A stretch of DNA of 40,714 bases from Trichomonas gallinae (taxonomy: Eukaryota): the NCBI GenBank assembly GCA_008369845.1, contig MRSU01000092.1, positions 1 to 40,714 on the forward strand, given 5' to 3'. This document shows positions 36,113 through 40,714 of the stretch, one piece after another. How positions within the stretch are numbered: the stretch's first letter is position 1; each line of letters opens with the position of its first letter. Both the position numbers and the translations under genes were made by a program. The notes under the pieces were generated by a model. It did no database searches, was not told where the DNA came from, and was given only the letters and a program-made list of their open reading frames with translations.

Positions 36113-38266
36113 TTAATTTTGCTTTATTATGCTTTCATACAATGTAGTAAGGTCGAATTCTTGTTCTAATGCATTTATATTAAGATTAATGGCTTGAATT
36201 CTTGGTTGAATTATTTCAAATTCATTATTTTCATAAGGAGTGATTTTCATTTGTGAATTTGCACTCATAACACCAACTTGTTCTCTTATTAGCTGATGCT
36301 GAGATTTAAATTCTGAAATTGGAAGCAATTTTTCAATTTTTGTTTCTTTTTTATGAATTTCGTGTTTAAATTGCTGTGGTTGTTCAATACATTCATTATT
36401 TGGTTGTACCCCTTCGATATTCGCAGCTTTAATTTGCAATTTCTTGATTTCTTCTGATTTTGCTAATGATAACTTGTTTCTTTCTATAAGTGAGATAACA
36501 TTTTCTGCTGGCCATGTAAAATCGATTGGAGTTGTTCTTTCATTGAGTTTCTTAAAGAAATTCTCAAAATCATTCGATGAAAATAAATTTTGATTAATAA
36601 TGTTCAACGATAATAGTGTGTTATTTTGCATCAGAGCATCTATAATTTTATGCAAAATTGTATTATCACATGAATTGTTCGATAAATTTAGATTTATAAT
36701 GGAAATATTTTCGATTAAAGAATCGAATAAGATTTCAAGATCGTTTGAGTTCAATTTGGAATTTTCTGCTCCTTTGATGATCAATGTCCTAAGATTATTT
36801 AAATATTTCAAATAATTACAAAATTCTTTCAATATTCCATCATTATTTGTAAAACATCCAGAAAAATCAAGGTAAATCAAATTTGTTGATGATAAGAATT
36901 CTAGCAATTGTGTTTGAATCGAATTTGATTTCCAAATTAATTTTTTCAATTTTAATGAATTAAATTCATTTAAGCAATTAAAGAAGTGCTTCCATGATAT
37001 TTCTGATAGATTGGCATATGACACATCAATTGATTCCACTGTTTTAGTAATAATAAAAAATCTTACTAAATTATCATCAATGAATTCAATTGATTGAGCA
37101 GCAATTTTTCTTAAGGTTGATGGCAATATAATGGAATCATTTATGGGCCTGGTTGCTAAATTTTTCGAGATATCAATCGATTTCAAATTTTCTTTGCAAT
37201 ACATTTGGATAAATGCGAAAATATGGCATAGTTCAAGGCCACACTCTTTTATTGATAGATTTCGGACGTTAGAAATTGATTGAAATAAAATTGATAAATT
37301 TATATCTTGCAACTTATCAAGAGCGAGTGTGTTTAAACACTTAAACTCTTTGACTCTTGAAAAATTGTTGATAAAGTTTGTTGCAAATGTTTTTTGTAAA
37401 GAATTTTCGAATTTTAATTTTGGAATTTCGAATTTGTCGATTATCTTTGAGATTTTTTGCATTATGGTCTCTTTTGGTGAAATATTAACTAATTGGATCT
37501 CTTTTAAGCTTGTTTCTTTTGTTTCAATATTTAAATCGATAATTCCTGCAAAAATTTCGGCAGAAATGTTGTTGAGGCGTATAATTTCGATATTTCTGTT
37601 TGATGTTATTATATCATAAATGTCTGATGATGTTAAGCATTGACTTCGTAAATCAAACGAAATTGATTTGATTTGTGGCTCAATATCGATTGATTTAAGT
37701 AAACATTTGATATAATTTTCTTTTTCTCCTAGTAAACTTGTTGATATTTGCTTATTTATTGATAAACAAAATTGCCGAACTAAATTAAAAGCGTCAACAT
37801 CTAGATTTAGGCTATTAATGAAGCATAATGCTCGGAATCTTTCGTAAATAGATAGATAATTTCGTAATATTTCTGATGTAGGAATATATGAAATGAAAAT
37901 TTCAGGCATTTCTTGTGGTAATAGTATATTAGATAGGTGTGTAATAAGTAGTTGAGTCGTAGCAATAATAAAATTAGACTGTATATGAATTTGGTCCTCA
38001 TGAAAAGTTAAAATTAAATTTTCTGGATCGTTAGATTCGATTTTTGTTAAGCTAAAGTATGTGTTACTATATGATTGCCAAAATGAACGTGAAAACGTCT
38101 TCTGGTCAAACAAATATAAGTGGCTTTCATTCATAAAAATTAATTTCTGTGAGAAATTTGCTTTTTGTTCCTTAGAAACAGATGCCATGGAGCAAACAAA
38201 TGGAGTATTTTCTTTTGTATTGACAAAATCACCAATTAGGTCAAGATATTCTGTATCAATACACAT
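36113..38266 (-). CDS. RI-type leucine-rich repeat protein with N-terminal PH-like domain (CARMIL-like)
   Basis: N-terminal beta-rich region (KLIFMNESHLYLF..LTKIES..LILTF) followed by LRRs (LKSIDISKN, IDVSYANL, LDFSGC, LNLSNN). Confidence 0.8.
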   Translation of the reverse strand: MCIDTEYLDLIGDFVNTKENTPFVCSMASVSKEQKANFSQKLIFMNESHLYLFDQKTFSRSFWQSYSNTYFSLTKIESNDPENLILTFHEDQIHIQSNFIIATTQLLITHLSNILLPQEMPEIFISYIPTSEILRNYLSIYERFRALCFINSLNLDVDAFNLVRQFCLSINKQISTSLLGEKENYIKCLLKSIDIEPQIKSISFDLRSQCLTSSDIYDIITSNRNIEIIRLNNISAEIFAGIIDLNIETKETSLKEIQLVNISPKETIMQKISKIIDKFEIPKLKFENSLQKTFATNFINNFSRVKEFKCLNTLALDKLQDINLSILFQSISNVRNLSIKECGLELCHIFAFIQMYCKENLKSIDISKNLATRPINDSIILPSTLRKIAAQSIEFIDDNLVRFFIITKTVESIDVSYANLSEISWKHFFNCLNEFNSLKLKKLIWKSNSIQTQLLEFLSSTNLIYLDFSGCFTNNDGILKEFCNYLKYLNNLRTLIIKGAENSKLNSNDLEILFDSLIENISIINLNLSNNSCDNTILHKIIDALMQNNTLLSLNIINQNLFSSNDFENFFKKLNERTTPIDFTWPAENVISLIERNKLSLAKSEEIKKLQIKAANIEGVQPNNECIEQPQQFKHEIHKKETKIEKLLPISEFKSQHQLIREQVGVMSANSQMKITPYENNEFEIIQPRIQAINLNINALEQEFDLTTLYESIIKQN

Positions 38267-38490
38267 TTATTTTGACATATAAGCAAATGATTAAAAACTG
38301 GTATTGTAAAACATCTCTTATGGTATGCTAAACTCAATAATTATAGTTAGAATCCATAAAACTAGTTTTTTTGATAAAAATTTTTAGAATCGGATCAAAT
38401 TTCAAAAGTTTGATATAAAAATGAATAGAATATGCATATTAAATGTCAAATTTATAAAGAAAGATGGAATTAGAGCAAAAATCAAAAAGG

Positions 38491-38495
38491 AAAAA
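38491..38495 (-). terminator. Pol III oligo-T terminator of tRNA-His
   Basis: TTTTT 2 nt after the discriminator base, with a second T5 run just beyond. Confidence 0.8.
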
Positions 38496-38497
38496 TT

Positions 38498-38569
38498 TGG
38501 GTGAACCGTGAATTGAACACGGATCTATTGAGCCACAATCAACAATACTAACCATTATACCATTCACCC
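38498..38569 (-). tRNA. trnH-GUG: tRNA-His (anticodon GTG)
   Basis: Acceptor GGGTGAA/TTCACCC-A, D-loop AATGGTTA, anticodon arm GTTGA-TTGTGGC-TCAAT and T arm CCGTG-TTCAATT-CACGG. It is 72 nt with no intron. Confidence 0.97.
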
Positions 38570-38789
38570 AATTTCATTTTATCAAAAAAAATTAGTTAAT
38601 GACAGCCGGAGGTTCAATAAACTATATACAACATAGTGAATAAATACTGTATACGCATTTGAAAATTTGAAAGCCGAATTAATTCAATTATAAAATCGTC
38701 ATCTCTCAAATTTTCAAATGTTTACATAGTTTTTGAGAATTAACAGCGGTTTTAGTGTTTTCATTGTTTTTATTATCAAATATATATAA

Positions 38790-39284
38790 ATGAACAATCC
38801 ATTAGAGCGCGACTATAATAAGCTTCTCAATGGTAATCGCGTGTATGTAAGAATCGATGATCTCTCAACAGGCAGCTTCAAGCTCTCAAATAAATCGAAG
38901 CTAATCGCTTGCGTTGGTCATAGGCGTAATTATAAGCCGTATAAATACGAATTTAGTGCAAACTCTAAGAATATTGATAAGACATGGCGCTTTGCCTATG
39001 ATAATATTGAGACTTCATCTTTCGTTGTTGTTCTTTTTAAGAAAAAGACATTTGGAAGTAACAAAGAAATTGGTGAAATTGAACTCAGAGCTGCTGCTTT
39101 CCAGCCTAATACTATTGTAACTGAAGAATTTACTTTAATTAGCCCCGATTCGAACGCCATTCCAGCGAAAGTCACTCTATCTGTCCACGTGTCTGAAAAT
39201 GGCGCGAAAGAGTTCAAAGCTCCAAAGTCAGGAATGTTATTCTCAAATGCTGTCATTCATCGTCAGAAGCTTTTATGTGATTAG
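38790..39284 (+). CDS. Small C2-domain-like protein
   Basis: KTWRF..SFVVVLFKKKTFGSNKEIGEIEL..AKVTLSVHV matches the C2 strand pattern. Confidence 0.7.
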   Translation: MNNPLERDYNKLLNGNRVYVRIDDLSTGSFKLSNKSKLIACVGHRRNYKPYKYEFSANSKNIDKTWRFAYDNIETSSFVVVLFKKKTFGSNKEIGEIELRAAAFQPNTIVTEEFTLISPDSNAIPAKVTLSVHVSENGAKEFKAPKSGMLFSNAVIHRQKLLCD

Positions 39285-40060
39285 ATTCTAATCTACTCCA
39301 CTAGTATTTATTAGTCACATGCTTTTTTTTTAATTAATATACAACTGTCTCTGATCAGTCGTAAATATTTAGGTATCTATTCTAAGCATAAGGTATCATC
39401 GTATACGTTTGATATCAAAATGCATATTAACACATAGCGACATCGTGTTACATCAATATTAATTTAATTCCTTACAGATATCATTTCGAAACTATTTATA
39501 ATTGGATTTTACTCAATGACACAATGTTCTAAACATAATACTGCGGTATAATTCGATAGATAATTTTTTCAAAAAAAATCTAATAATGAAATTAATACTT
39601 ATCACTATTGCTAGATTCTTTTGCTAACTGTGGAAGGATGTTGTGCAAATATATTTGGCAAAAATGAAATCCAATATTATAAAAATTGATTAGTTTTATA
39701 ATTTTGAAAGCAAATAACGTATGTATCTTGTTGAATGAGAACTACCTAATTGTTAGGAAGAATGAAACATTTAATCTAATTTAGAATCACATAAATGAAA
39801 ATTATTATATCAATTGTTGCATTTATTTAAATGGAAGATGTACCTTCAACTACAACAAATTAATCATATTTTATTATATGATTGAAACGCATGAGAGATA
39901 TCAATCATATTATTTATTTTTTCATATTGTTTATACTTTTTCGAGATATCAAAGAAAAATTGTTTTCTATAATGTCTATCTAAAGATTAGAATTTAAAAA
40001 TGTGTTGATTTGGATTAATAGGAATAGAAAATAGTTTAGCACAAAATTTAAGAGAATAAT

Positions 40061-40714
40061 TTAAATCTCGAGATCTTCTTTCGTTTGTCCTGGTTGATCA
40101 TTTTCGCCTGAAGCTGTTTCTTCTGAGTTTTTGCCGTTTCTAGTATTGGCACTCTTCTTCATGTAGATGGAAATGACAATGATAGCAATAATAACAATAA
40201 CGATTGCGACAACGCAGACAACAATGATTATTGATTGATTCTTTTTCTTATCTTTTTGCTGTCTGTTTTTCAACCCATCTTGATGACTTGATTTTGGTGT
40301 TGGTATTTGTTTATTTGGAGCTGGTTCATTTGGTGTGGGTTCTTCTGTTGGAATAATAACTGTTTTCTCTTCTTCTACGGTAGTAGTAGTTGTTGGAATA
40401 TCTTCTTCTTTTGTTGCTGTTACTGTAGTTGTTGTACCTTCTTCTGTTGTTGTAGTAGTAGTTGTTGTATCTTCTTCTTCTTCTGTTGTAGTAGTGGTCG
40501 TTGTTGTATCTTCTTCTGCTGCTGTAGTAGTTGTTGTTGTATCTTCTTCTTCTTCTGTTGTTGTATCTTCTTCTGTTGTTGTATCTTCTTCTTCTGTTAT
40601 AGTAGTGGTCGTTGTTGTATCTTCTTCTGTTGTTGTAGTAGTAGTTGTTGTTGTATCCTCTTCTGTTGTAGTAGTTGTAGTTGTTGTATCTTCTTCTGTT
40701 GTAGTAGTGGTCGT
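40061..40714 (-). CDS. C-terminal part of a type-I membrane protein with a Thr/Glu mucin-like stalk (5' end beyond window)
   Basis: The frame is open from the window edge for 217 codons: (T)nEED repeats, a Pro-rich linker, TM IIIVVCVVAIVIVIIAIIVISIY and a short tail. The track's 70-aa ORF is only its end. Confidence 0.9.
   Translation of the reverse strand, partial: TTTTTTEEDTTTTTTTTEEDTTTTTTTTTEEDTTTTTTITEEEDTTTEEDTTTEEEEDTTTTTTAAEEDTTTTTTTTEEEEDTTTTTTTTEEGTTTTVTATKEEDIPTTTTTVEEEKTVIIPTEEPTPNEPAPNKQIPTPKSSHQDGLKNRQQKDKKKNQSIIIVVCVVAIVIVIIAIIVISIYMKKSANTRNGKNSEETASGENDQPGQTKEDLEI
40370..40714 (-). repeat. Coding low-complexity repeat (ACA/ACT)n-GAA GAA GAT
   Basis: Recurrent gttgtatcttcttc / gtagtagtt units on the + strand. 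Confidence 0.95.

Overview
AT-rich, apparently intron-free eukaryotic DNA with a gene roughly every 1.5-2 kb. Gene families, codon usage, very short UTRs, TCA(Y)T initiators and AAAGTGAC / RCGGTT promoter motifs point to a parabasalid such as Trichomonas vaginalis or a relative (inference; no search was run). About 23 protein genes are present, including a NEK-like pseudokinase, TM9SF, RING-less Not4, a CC2D1-like C2 protein, a Dbp5-like helicase, EB1, cyclophilin, NTPDase, two LisH proteins, primase large subunit, hemolysin-III, an inactive rhomboid, Cdc25, a PPP pseudophosphatase, a 2488-aa talin-like protein, a CARMIL-like LRR protein and a truncated Thr/Glu mucin-like membrane protein. The window also holds a tRNA-His(GUG), the probable 5' Alu end of an SRP RNA gene, a 195-bp TA-flanked MITE, two ~110-bp tandem arrays and several decayed genes. 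The most unusual unexplained signal is a TTTG(A/C/T)CANGTAAA motif that recurs in intergenic DNA upstream of genes as clusters spaced ~20 bp apart.
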